Positions 48,678 through 57,667 of a stretch of 64,000 bases of DNA are shown here, in pieces (the stretch's first letter is position 1; each line of letters starts with the position of its first letter). The notes beneath the pieces were generated by a model. It ran no database searches and was not told the origin of the DNA. It saw only the letters and a list, made by a program, of their open reading frames with translations. The position numbers and the translations under genes are program-made. The DNA is from Polyangiaceae bacterium (lineage in GTDB: Bacteria > Myxococcota_A > Polyangia > Polyangiales > Polyangiaceae), in contig JANRKO010000006.1 of NCBI GenBank assembly GCA_033763455.1, positions 64,001 through 128,000 on the forward strand, given 5' to 3'.

Positions 48678-49307
48678 ATGAGCAATCCGCATCTGTTCCC
48701 GAGCGATGTCGCGTTTACGCCCGCCGTCAAGGCTATCCAAGCCTCTAAGGGCTCACGGGAGGCGTACGCGCGTATGGAGCGGGGCTCCGGGTGGGAGACC
48801 AAAATCAACGAAGAGCTCGCTGCATTCATCCATGAACAGACGAGCTTCTTTCTGGCGACCGCGAACCAGGAAGGTCAGCCCTACATCCAGCACCGTGGAG
48901 GCCCCAAGGGGTTTCTGCGAGTGTTGGATGAGAGCACGCTGGGCTTTGCGGATTTTCGAGGCAACCGCCAATACATCTCCATGGGAAACCTCGTGGAGCA
49001 ACCGAAAGTGCACTTGTTCTTGATCGACTACGCCGAGCGCAGGCGTGTGAAGATTTGGGGCGAAGCACGCGTGGTGGAAGATGATCCTGAGCTGCTAAAG
49101 GAACTTACTCCTGATGGGTATGAGGCTCACCCCGAGCGGGTAATGTTGATCCACGTAAAGGCCTGGGACGCCAATTGCCCTCAACACATCCCGCAGAGGT
49201 TTGAAGCGGCCGATGTGCAGGAGGCCCTGGAGTCGCGCGAACAGCGCATCTTGGCGCTAGAAGCTGAAGTGGTGAAGCTGAAGCGAGAGCTGGGAAAGGC
49301 ACGTTGA
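48678..49307 (+). CDS. Pyridoxamine 5'-phosphate oxidase-like FMN-binding protein
   Basis: FFLATAN..GQPYIQHRGGPKGFL, ADFRGNRQYISMGNL, WDANCPQHIPQR. Confidence 0.92.
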   Translation: MSNPHLFPSDVAFTPAVKAIQASKGSREAYARMERGSGWETKINEELAAFIHEQTSFFLATANQEGQPYIQHRGGPKGFLRVLDESTLGFADFRGNRQYISMGNLVEQPKVHLFLIDYAERRRVKIWGEARVVEDDPELLKELTPDGYEAHPERVMLIHVKAWDANCPQHIPQRFEAADVQEALESREQRILALEAEVVKLKRELGKAR

Positions 49308-49568
49308 CCAGATCGGTGTTTGGTGATCTGGTGCGGACCCAAAATAACAGCAACCGCGGCCAACGGAGCATCGCTTGAGATCGTGCCTGGCTCCGCACTC
49401 TACTACCCGGAAGCTATGGACCCCGGCGGCGTGGGAACCGGTGGCAGCACCGGTAACCTTGGCCCAGCTGGAGGCGCACCAAGCAGCCCTCGTGGAACCG
49501 GCGGTGCAAGCACCTCAGCAATTCCCACACCCTCCAATTGCCCTTAGCGTGAACGGAACAAGTGCGGC

Positions 49569-50987
49569 TTAGCTCACGCGTTCCACCCGGAATTTTTTGC
49601 CTTTGATACGCCCGGTGCGGAGGCTCTCGAAGGCGCGTTCACTCACGTTTTTCTTGATCGCGACGTAAGCAAAGCGCTCGTGGAGCTCGATCTTTCCTAT
49701 GTCTTCGCCTTTGAGGCCTCCGGCGTCTCCGGTTAATGCTCCGAGAATGTCGCCAGGGCGCAGCTTCTCCTTGCGGCCGCCGTACAGCTTGAGAGTGTCC
49801 ATGCTGGCATCGCGCACTACAGCCTTTGAGGGCGTCTCGCGTTCCTTAGAGGGCCGAGGGCTATGCTGAGTAGGCGTTAAGGTGGTGCCCACGTAGTGTT
49901 CGATGGCTTCGAGCCTAGCCTGCTCAGCGGGAGCGCAAAGGGAAACGGCCAGGCCCTGGTTGCCGGCACGCCCGGTGCGGCCGACGCGATGTAGGTATAC
50001 TTCTGGCTGGCTCGGGAGCTCGTAATTGACCACCAAATCGAGCTTATCGAGGTCGATGCCGCGGGCGGCAACGTCAGTAGCCACGAGGACGCGGGTACTG
50101 CCGTTTCTAAACTTTGCCATCACTCGGTCGCGGTCGAATTGTTTAAGGTCTCCATGCAAACTCGCGACGCTGATGCCTGCGGCGCTGAGCACGGCTTCGA
50201 GCTTTGCCACCGAAAGCTTGAGGTTAGCGAACACCAACGCCGAATCATGCCGATGTGTTTGAAGCGTGTTAAGGAGAGCTTGTGGTTTGTGCTCAGCTGC
50301 AACGTGCACCACCAGCTGCCGAATGTCGCGGGGTTCGTCCGGTTGGTCGATGCTGATCTGCAGCGGATCGCGCTGATATTTACAGCTCAGCTCCTGCATT
50401 GAAGGCGGGAAGGTGGCGGAGAAGAAGATCGTCTGCCGCGCGGAGGGGAGCGCTTTTAAGATCTTGGCCATGTCGGGGGCAAAACCCATGTCCAACATGC
50501 GGTCTGCTTCGTCGAGCACAACGGTGTTCACGTTATGCACTCTCAAGGTGCGGCGGCGAAGATGGTCAAGCACGCGGCCCGGCGTGCCAATCACAACGTG
50601 CACCCCCGTGGTGAGCGCGCTGGTCTGATCCCGGAGCGGCTGGCCTCCCGCCAACACCACCAGCGAAAGCCCCGGCAGGTTGCGCCCAAGCTTACGAAAC
50701 TCACGTGCAATTTGCGCACCGAGCTCACGCGTCGGGCAGAGCACGATTGTGCTGAGCTCGCGCGGCTGAAGCTTGAGGCGCTGCAAGATCGGCAGAGCGA
50801 ACGCGGCCGTTTTACCGCTCCCCGTTTTCGACTGCCCCACCACATCTTTGCCTTCGAGGATCCTCGGGATAGCGGCGGCCTGGATGGGCGTGAGCTGCTC
50901 ATAACCCAGCGCTTGGACCACCTCGAGCAGCTCGGGAGAGAGGGCGAGTGTGCTCGGATCTGTGTCGGAAGGCATCTGGCGGAGCAT
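49569..50987 (-). CDS. dbpA: ATP-dependent DEAD-box RNA helicase DbpA
   Basis: TPIQ, KTGSGKT, PTREL, DEADRMLDMGF, SAT, HRVGRTGRAG, and the DbpA C-terminal domain GGRKEKLRPGDILGALTG. Confidence 0.95.
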   Translation of the reverse strand: MLRQMPSDTDPSTLALSPELLEVVQALGYEQLTPIQAAAIPRILEGKDVVGQSKTGSGKTAAFALPILQRLKLQPRELSTIVLCPTRELGAQIAREFRKLGRNLPGLSLVVLAGGQPLRDQTSALTTGVHVVIGTPGRVLDHLRRRTLRVHNVNTVVLDEADRMLDMGFAPDMAKILKALPSARQTIFFSATFPPSMQELSCKYQRDPLQISIDQPDEPRDIRQLVVHVAAEHKPQALLNTLQTHRHDSALVFANLKLSVAKLEAVLSAAGISVASLHGDLKQFDRDRVMAKFRNGSTRVLVATDVAARGIDLDKLDLVVNYELPSQPEVYLHRVGRTGRAGNQGLAVSLCAPAEQARLEAIEHYVGTTLTPTQHSPRPSKERETPSKAVVRDASMDTLKLYGGRKEKLRPGDILGALTGDAGGLKGEDIGKIELHERFAYVAIKKNVSERAFESLRTGRIKGKKFRVERVS

Positions 50988-51016
50988 AGCCCTACGTGGA
51001 GTGCTACTGTCACGGT

Positions 51017-52186
51017 ATGTCCAAAGAAAGCGAACTGGAGCTCTCTCGACGGCGTGCCCTCAGCCTTGTGGTGGCCGGAGTAGGCGTCAATGCGTGTTCT
51101 CGGGCGGAGGGCCCGAAAGGGGGGCCAGCGAGCCTGGTGGCGCCTGCTCGCAGTCTTTGGTCGACCACTAACCCCGTGTTGCAAGCATCGCCATTGCCCG
51201 CTGGGTCAACCTGGGAAACGTTGGATCCTTTCCTTTTTTGTGCCCACCACGACGACCATTATCCACCAGGTAACGGCGCATTCGGCCCGCGCGTGAGCTT
51301 GGCTGGCCGCGCATTGGGGCAGGATTTTAGCGGTAGAGATGGCTTTAGCATGTACCACGGCCTCAGCGTTCCCGGGTTTCCGCAGCACCCGCATCGCGGC
51401 TTTGAAACCGTAACGGTGGTGCGCCGAGGCCTTTTGGATCACTCTGATTCATTGGGGGCCGCCGCTCGCTTCGGCGAGGGGGATTTGCAGTGGCTCACCG
51501 CGGGCGCCGGCATTCAGCACGCCGAGATGTTTCCGTTGCTAGGCCAGGCTTCAGCGAATCCGCTGGAGCTTTTTCAGATTTGGCTCAATTTGCCCCAAAA
51601 GAATAAGATGGTGGCGCCTTATTTCTCGATGTTTTGGTCCAAAGATGTGCCGACGCGTACTTTTTTGGATACGCGCGGGCGCCCCTGCGAAGTTAGCCTG
51701 AGAGCGGGAGATCTTGAGGATATGCGAGCTCCAACGTCGCCTCCGCATTCGTGGGCCAAAGATCCGGGTAACGCCGTGTGCATCTGGACCATCAAGCTCG
51801 GGCCTGGGGCAAGCTGGGAGCTGCCGGGTGCGTTAGCCGGCCTCAATCGGTCTCTGTATTTCTTCCGCGGCCAATCGCTCACCCTCAACGGCGTGGTGGC
51901 GCCCACAAGGCACCGGCTGGATCTCCGCTCCGAGTTGCGCGTACGGCTCGAAAATGGTCCCGAAGAGAGCGAGCTTCTGCTCCTTCAAGGGCGCCCTATC
52001 CGTGAACCCATCGCACGCCGTGGGCCGTTTGTGATGAATACAGACGAAGAGATCCGCGCCGCCTACTACGATTATCAGGCCACCCAATTCGGCGGCTGGC
52101 CCTGGCCCAGCGAAGCGCCGGTGCATGGCGGCGAGCGGCAGCGTTTTGCCCGCCATCCAGATGGTCGCGTCGAGCGCCCGGGTTGA
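51017..52186 (+). CDS. Pirin-family protein with an N-terminal Tat/lipoprotein-like signal
   Basis: DPFLFC, FPQHPHRGFETVT, HSDS, QWLTAGAGIQHAE, QIWLNLP, GPFVMN; N-terminus SRRRALSLVVAGVGVNAC. Confidence 0.9.
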   Translation: MSKESELELSRRRALSLVVAGVGVNACSRAEGPKGGPASLVAPARSLWSTTNPVLQASPLPAGSTWETLDPFLFCAHHDDHYPPGNGAFGPRVSLAGRALGQDFSGRDGFSMYHGLSVPGFPQHPHRGFETVTVVRRGLLDHSDSLGAAARFGEGDLQWLTAGAGIQHAEMFPLLGQASANPLELFQIWLNLPQKNKMVAPYFSMFWSKDVPTRTFLDTRGRPCEVSLRAGDLEDMRAPTSPPHSWAKDPGNAVCIWTIKLGPGASWELPGALAGLNRSLYFFRGQSLTLNGVVAPTRHRLDLRSELRVRLENGPEESELLLLQGRPIREPIARRGPFVMNTDEEIRAAYYDYQATQFGGWPWPSEAPVHGGERQRFARHPDGRVERPG

Positions 52187-52200
52187 GCGCAGTCAGTCGG

Positions 52201-52953
52201 CTACCAGCTCCGTACCTCACCAAGAAGCAGGCGTCGCCGGGCGTCTCCCTGCTCGATCATCTCGCGCACCAAGGGGCCATCGAACGTCTCCCGTGGCTTC
52301 ATCCAGGCGTTTTGATAACACATCAGGCACACGCGCCGATCAACCGTGCTCGTGTTGTTACCGCGGCGGTGCCAGAGCCAACCGTCGAATAACACCGCTT
52401 GGCCCGGGCTTGCGTAGACGGCCACTTCATTCGGTAGTGCGGGGTGGCCATCTGGCGCGGCGCGGTTCATACGGTGGCTTCCCGGGAGCACGCGAATGGG
52501 GCCGGTTTGTTCGGTCAAAGGATCTAGGTAGTAACCGCAGTTGATTTGGCCGGGCAAAGAGCCGTACGGCGTGCCCTCGGGGTCCATCGGCCACGGCCCA
52601 TCACGGTGCCACTTCTGATCCGGCGCACCTGGGCGAGCGATCTGCGCGCAGGCGCTGTGAAGCTGTATGCAGGTACCAAGGATCGCTTCGATTCGACGGA
52701 TCACCGGTTCATTGTCGAGCAAGAAGTGGAAACGTCGATCGACATCCAAAAGTTGTTGACGCAGCGCTTCAACGCCTACGTTTGCGAGATCAAAGACTGA
52801 CGAGAATGCACCGCGTAGCGTTTCAACCTGCTCGGGTGTCAGAGCGTTATCGATGACTAGGTAACCGTGCTTACAAAAGAAGTCCACATCGCGTTGCATT
52901 GCTGCGTCGCGCTTCACGTTGAGTTGGGTGGGCACGATGTTCTGCTCATACAT
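52201..52953 (-). CDS. Phytanoyl-CoA dioxygenase (PhyH) family Fe(II)/2OG enzyme
   Basis: GYLVIDNAL, WHRD, G.IRVLPGSH, PG.AVLFD..LWH..G.N.S..DR. Start set at MYEQ (52953). Confidence 0.9.
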   Translation of the reverse strand: MYEQNIVPTQLNVKRDAAMQRDVDFFCKHGYLVIDNALTPEQVETLRGAFSSVFDLANVGVEALRQQLLDVDRRFHFLLDNEPVIRRIEAILGTCIQLHSACAQIARPGAPDQKWHRDGPWPMDPEGTPYGSLPGQINCGYYLDPLTEQTGPIRVLPGSHRMNRAAPDGHPALPNEVAVYASPGQAVLFDGWLWHRRGNNTSTVDRRVCLMCYQNAWMKPRETFDGPLVREMIEQGDARRRLLLGEVRSW

Positions 52954-53011
52954 GAGGGTTGTATATCCTGTTGGGGTGGAATGCTCAGTGTGCGATGGAT
53001 TTGTTGCGGGT

Positions 53012-53050
53012 TCTTGTACTCCTCTGCATAAAGGATTGTATATTCTTGCG
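53012..53050 (-). promoter_or_regulatory. Putative AraC operator upstream of the PhyH gene
   Basis: Minus strand CGCAAGAataTACAAtccTTTAtgcagaggagTACAAGA has the same pattern as 54043-54081, followed 19 nt later by a -10-like CACACT. Confidence 0.7.
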
Positions 53051-53101
53051 GGTCCTGAGTGCTTGAAATTGCACCCCTTCGTGTCACACTGGTAAGCACC
53101 C

Positions 53102-54016
53102 ATGCCTCCCTCGCAGCACCCCGCGTCTGAGTACCATTGGACGGTTGCTGAGCTGTTTGGGTCGAGCAGCATTCCTGTGTTGGTGTTAACGCATCGGGAT
53201 TATAGCGTTGGAAGCCATACACATGAGTTTCTAGAGCTCAATCTGATTACTTCGGGCAGCGGTTGGCATGAGCTCTCCGAAGGTCGCATGCGCGTTCAAA
53301 CGCACGATGTGTTTGTCATTCCTTCTGGTGTTGTGCACGCATATGGTAGCGATCAAGGTCTGGATGTGTTGCACATTCTGTTGCGCCCTGGGTTCTTGCT
53401 GGAGCATCAAGCAGAGTTCTTGGCTCTCCCCGGGTTTGATCTGCTGTTTACGGTGGAGCCCGCGTTTCGTTCCAGCGTCGGCTCCCGCTACAGCCTGCGC
53501 TTGGAGCCGAAGGACACTGCACGGGTGTTAGCTCTCTGCAAGTCGATCGAAGAGGAGCAGCAGAGGGAGCCCTCTCCACACCGTGACATGATCATCGGTG
53601 GCCTAGGCTTGAGCCTGATAGGCCTACTTTGTCGCTGTTACATGGCCCAGCACGCTGGCATGCTGCAGAAGCGCGGCGTTACGGACGTTCGCGCCCTGGC
53701 CATTCACGATACCGTGCAGTTCATGAGTCAACACGTGGGCGAAGCCTTGAGTTCGGCGGCACTCGCCGAGAGGGCTCGGATGAGCCCTTCTGCGTACAGT
53801 CGGCTATTTCACCGGATTATTGGCGTCACACCGAGCGATTACCTGGCGCGTTTGCGAATACAACGCGCTCGCCAGCTCCTCACGACCAGTGATATGCCAC
53901 TTACAGCTATCGCTTTGGGCACCGGCTTTTACGATGCTGCACACTTTACGCGAACGTTTGGGCGGCTAGTGGGGTGCACCCCTGGGCAATATCGCAAGCG
54001 CTTTGCGCAGGCATGA
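53102..54016 (+). CDS. AraC-family transcriptional regulator (#3), RhaR/RhaS-like architecture
   Basis: HTHEFLEL..I.SG.G.H cupin; C-terminal HTH ...LTAIALGTGFYDAAHFTRTF...GCTPGQYR. Confidence 0.95.
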   Translation: MPPSQHPASEYHWTVAELFGSSSIPVLVLTHRDYSVGSHTHEFLELNLITSGSGWHELSEGRMRVQTHDVFVIPSGVVHAYGSDQGLDVLHILLRPGFLLEHQAEFLALPGFDLLFTVEPAFRSSVGSRYSLRLEPKDTARVLALCKSIEEEQQREPSPHRDMIIGGLGLSLIGLLCRCYMAQHAGMLQKRGVTDVRALAIHDTVQFMSQHVGEALSSAALAERARMSPSAYSRLFHRIIGVTPSDYLARLRIQRARQLLTTSDMPLTAIALGTGFYDAAHFTRTFGRLVGCTPGQYRKRFAQA

Positions 54017-54042
54017 ATAGGTCCCGCTTGGGGTCACGAGGG

Positions 54043-54081
54043 CGCAAGAGCGTACAAGTGTTTACTACAGCGCATACAAGA
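54043..54081 (+). promoter_or_regulatory. Putative AraC operator upstream of DUF1592-DUF1552 operon #4
   Basis: CGCAAGAgcgTACAAgtgTTTActacagcgcaTACAAGA, followed 20 nt later by a -10-like CATACT. Confidence 0.7.
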
Positions 54082-54214
54082 CCGTGCCCTACGTTCAGAG
54101 TCATACTGTGAAAATCAACCACCGTCCTTTGCGGGTCGCGGCAGTTCGCTAACCGAACGCCGATCAGGAGAGTGACGAATGGCGCCCGTTTGTCGGCAGC
54201 GAGGATGAGAACAT

Positions 54215-56059
54215 ATGCGGTCATTGGCTCCGAAGGCATCGTTGGGGTGGGCGGAAAACGCGAAAAAGGCGCGAATTTCATATTGGCTTCTGGGTAGCGC
54301 TCTGGCCTTGGGCTGCACGGCGAACGTGCCCGAAGGGAGGCCGCATTCAACTGCTGCGGATCCCAATGGGAGCGGCGCTACAGGCTCTGGCCCGCTTGGC
54401 GGTGGAGCGGGCCCCAGCGGAGCCGGTGGGTCGACGTCGGGTTCGGGTGGGTCTGTCACTGGCCCTGTGGGAACCGGTGGCAGTATTGTTATCCCCGAAA
54501 ATTGTAACTCGCCTGTGGCTCCGCGCGCCCCCATGAGGCGCCTCAGTCGCTTCGAATACACGAATACGATGCGCGACCTTGTGGGCGATACCACCTCACC
54601 GGGTAACGATCTGGCGGCGGAGGATCTTGGTAACGGCTTCAGCAACGACGCCGATACGCAGACTGTGTCCTCCTTGCTCGCGGGACAATACGTCGATGTG
54701 GCCGCCGGCATTGCAACACGAGCGATGGCGCCGGGTGGCGCGATCTCAAAGTTGAACGCCTGCGCTACCAGCGTGCCTGCGAATACAGCTGCCGAAACGG
54801 ACTGTTTTAACGCTGTAATCCCGCCTTTGGCTACCGGCGCGTACCGTCGCCCCTTGGCTGCGGGTGAGGCGGAGGAGTTGCTCGCGCTGTTCCAAACGCT
54901 GCGCAACAACGGTAGCGATTTTGCGAGCAGCCTGACGGGCGTGGTGCAAGCCTTGCTGCTCACTCCAGACTTTCTCTACCGCCCGGAGTTTGGCGTACCA
55001 GTCCCTGGCCAAGCCAACTTGTTACGCCCAACTGGGTACGAAATGGCGACGCGCCTTTCGTATTTGTACTTCGGCAGTATGCCGGATGCGGAGCTGGCTG
55101 CAGCCGCTGCGCGGGGAGAGCTGGACACGGCCGATGGTGTGTTGGCTCGCGCCACGGCAATGGTGAATGACCCCATGGGCCGCGCCGCCACAAACGTGGG
55201 CTTCTTCTTTGATAATCTGTTGCCGATAGCTCGTGTCGGGTTTCTCTCGCGGGATGCAGCGACATTCCCGACGTATTCGACCAAGATCGGCTTGCTGATG
55301 CGGCAAGAAACGCAAGCCTTTGTTAAAGGCGTGATCTTTCAGGAAAACGGCACGCTCGACAACATTTATACCGCGCCCTACACCTACGTGAACGACGAGT
55401 TGGCAGCGTTCTACGGAATAGCTGGGGTCACGGGAAGTGAGTTTCGCCAAGTACCGCTCCCGGATACTACCAAACGTTTGGGGCTCCTTACCCAAGGAGC
55501 CGTGCTCATGGGGCCCATCGCTACCAACGTGACGAGCCCGGTTGCGCGCGGTGGTTTTCTCACCCACAAGCTGCTCTGCCAGGAAATTCCCAAGCCGAGT
55601 GCGGCCATCTTGGCGATGATCAAGCCCCCCGATCCGTACTCGGCGCCCACGGCCCGTGAGCGCTTTGCCCTGCACTCAAAAGATCCCGGTTGCGCTGGTT
55701 GTCACCAGTTGATGGACCCAGCGGGCCTTGCCCTTGAGAATTTCGATGCCGTGGGTATGTGGCGAGATCAGGAAAACGGCGTCACCATCGACGCTTCGGG
55801 TACGTTGGCCGTACTCGGCGCCCCTTTCAACGGCCCCGTGGAGCTGGCTCAGCGTACCAACGCAGCTATGGAATCCAAGACGTGTTTTTCGAAGCAGTGG
55901 ATGAATTTTGCTTACGGTCGCACGCTGAACGCAGCCGATAAGTGCACCCAGGAAGCCGTTCAAAGCAAGTTCACCGAGGCCGGCAGCAATGTGAAGGCTT
56001 TGCTCACGGCGCTGGCCCAATCGGATGCGTTTCTCTACCTCAACGCGGTGAAGGAGTAA
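54215..56059 (+). CDS. DUF1592/DUF1588-family heme-c lipoprotein (#4)
   Basis: Lipobox ALGC, MRRLSRFEYTNT, PDFLYRPE, ATRLSY, RLGLLTQ, SPVARG, CAGCH, DPAGLALENFDAVGMWR. Confidence 0.92.
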   Translation: MRSLAPKASLGWAENAKKARISYWLLGSALALGCTANVPEGRPHSTAADPNGSGATGSGPLGGGAGPSGAGGSTSGSGGSVTGPVGTGGSIVIPENCNSPVAPRAPMRRLSRFEYTNTMRDLVGDTTSPGNDLAAEDLGNGFSNDADTQTVSSLLAGQYVDVAAGIATRAMAPGGAISKLNACATSVPANTAAETDCFNAVIPPLATGAYRRPLAAGEAEELLALFQTLRNNGSDFASSLTGVVQALLLTPDFLYRPEFGVPVPGQANLLRPTGYEMATRLSYLYFGSMPDAELAAAAARGELDTADGVLARATAMVNDPMGRAATNVGFFFDNLLPIARVGFLSRDAATFPTYSTKIGLLMRQETQAFVKGVIFQENGTLDNIYTAPYTYVNDELAAFYGIAGVTGSEFRQVPLPDTTKRLGLLTQGAVLMGPIATNVTSPVARGGFLTHKLLCQEIPKPSAAILAMIKPPDPYSAPTARERFALHSKDPGCAGCHQLMDPAGLALENFDAVGMWRDQENGVTIDASGTLAVLGAPFNGPVELAQRTNAAMESKTCFSKQWMNFAYGRTLNAADKCTQEAVQSKFTEAGSNVKALLTALAQSDAFLYLNAVKE

Positions 56060-56065
56060 TCAGGT

Positions 56066-57496
56066 ATGTCATCAATCCGATTGAGCCGAAGAGCCATGAT
56101 TCGTGGTGCGGGTAGCATTGCGATTGCCCTGCCGTGGCTTGAGATCATGGAAACTCCGAAGGCAGTTGCTCAAGCCGCATCGGCTGCCAAAAGGTACCTT
56201 CAAGTTTATACTCCCGGTGGCTGCCAACAGTTGCCCATCAACGGTTCCCAACGCTACTGGCCAAGTGGCACCGAGACGGCGCCTGTGTTGAGCCCCATCT
56301 TGGGTCCTCTTCTGCCGGTAGCCTCCAAGCTGTTGACCATTCGTGGCCTCGAGATGAAATGCGCAAACAGTGGAGAGGCCCCCCCGCACCAAACAGGTTC
56401 GGTGGGCCTATTCAGTGGCGCAACATGGGACGGCGGAGCAACGTTTTCGAGGTTGGCCTCGATCGATCAGGTGATCGCCGGCCGGATCTCCACGGGAAAG
56501 AAGAAGAAGAGCCTTCAGCTCGGAATTCGTTGGGGCACAGGTCAATTCAACGGGGCCGTTTCGACGGGAAATACCATGTCTTTCGAGGATGGCCCCGGCA
56601 CAGCTCCCATTCCTCCTAGTATTGATCCGGTGGCCATTTACTCCGATCTATTCGGCACCCTTACGCCCAGCGTGACGCCCACGATGGGGCAGCCTGATCC
56701 GAGCATTGCGCGCAAGAAGTCCATCTTAGACTTTACGGATAAGAAATTTGTTTCGTTGGGCGCCAAGCTGGGGCCCTCTGATAAGGCCAAGCTCGATCAG
56801 CATCTCGAAAAGATTCGCGAGATAGAAAAAAGCTTGGATGTGATGGTTACAGCGAGTGCCACGTGCCACGCGCCCACCAAGGTGGATACTAGCAAGTACG
56901 ATCCAACTGCGGGGCTCTACGCGGAGATGGACAACGCCGCACTTGATAATGGTACCGATGGCATGATTCCGACGGTTGGCAAATACATGACTGATATGAT
57001 GGTCATGGCGTTGGCTTGCGACATCACAGCGGTTGGCCATTTGCAGTGGTCAGACAGTGAATGCCAGCATTCGCTTCCCTACCTGAATCTTCTCCAGCAC
57101 CATCATTACTACCAGCACGAAAATGGCTATGCACCGGCAGAAATCGAACAGATCGGCATGTGGTATAGCCAGCAACACCTATACCTCTTGCAACAAATGA
57201 TGAGCGTGGACATGGGCGGGCATTCACTACTCGACGAAAGCTTGGTATTTTTTGGTTCAGAAATTGGGTGGCCCGAAAGCCACTCGCAAGACAACATTCC
57301 GATTATGCTCGCTGGTGGCGCCGGCATCCGTACGGGGCGGCACCTTGATTTCAGGAAAAACAAGGCGAACGATAGTGACCCAGGCATACCCCATAACAAC
57401 CTCCTGGTGAGCATTCTGAACCTGTTCGGTGATGCAAGGACGAGCTACCAGGAGCCCGGTAAAAGCCTCTGCAACGATCCGATCTCACTCACATAG
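56066..57496 (+). CDS. DUF1552-family Tat-exported protein (#4)
   Basis: SRRAMIRG...LPWLE.M, SIDQ, RKKSILD, KLDQHLEKIREIE, LACDIT.V, HHHYYQH, SLLDES, HNNLLV. Confidence 0.92.
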   Translation: MSSIRLSRRAMIRGAGSIAIALPWLEIMETPKAVAQAASAAKRYLQVYTPGGCQQLPINGSQRYWPSGTETAPVLSPILGPLLPVASKLLTIRGLEMKCANSGEAPPHQTGSVGLFSGATWDGGATFSRLASIDQVIAGRISTGKKKKSLQLGIRWGTGQFNGAVSTGNTMSFEDGPGTAPIPPSIDPVAIYSDLFGTLTPSVTPTMGQPDPSIARKKSILDFTDKKFVSLGAKLGPSDKAKLDQHLEKIREIEKSLDVMVTASATCHAPTKVDTSKYDPTAGLYAEMDNAALDNGTDGMIPTVGKYMTDMMVMALACDITAVGHLQWSDSECQHSLPYLNLLQHHHYYQHENGYAPAEIEQIGMWYSQQHLYLLQQMMSVDMGGHSLLDESLVFFGSEIGWPESHSQDNIPIMLAGGAGIRTGRHLDFRKNKANDSDPGIPHNNLLVSILNLFGDARTSYQEPGKSLCNDPISLT

Positions 57497-57667
57497 CAAC
57501 GCGGTCCAATCCAGGTTATCACTCGCGTTGACGATACTTTGAAAGATGCGCGGGGACAGGCATTACCGCCTCGGGTTAGGGGTGGTGATGGGTACCGCGC
57601 AAATGCACGCCGCGTGCGTTCAGGTTGAGAGCGAGGTGGGGTGGGGGACGCGGTTTCGTTCCGGGGA

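Noticed and set aside
49320..49547. Small standalone gene
   Set aside because: No signal peptide or RBS; it reads like an isolated Gly-rich linker fragment, so it is not called as a CDS.
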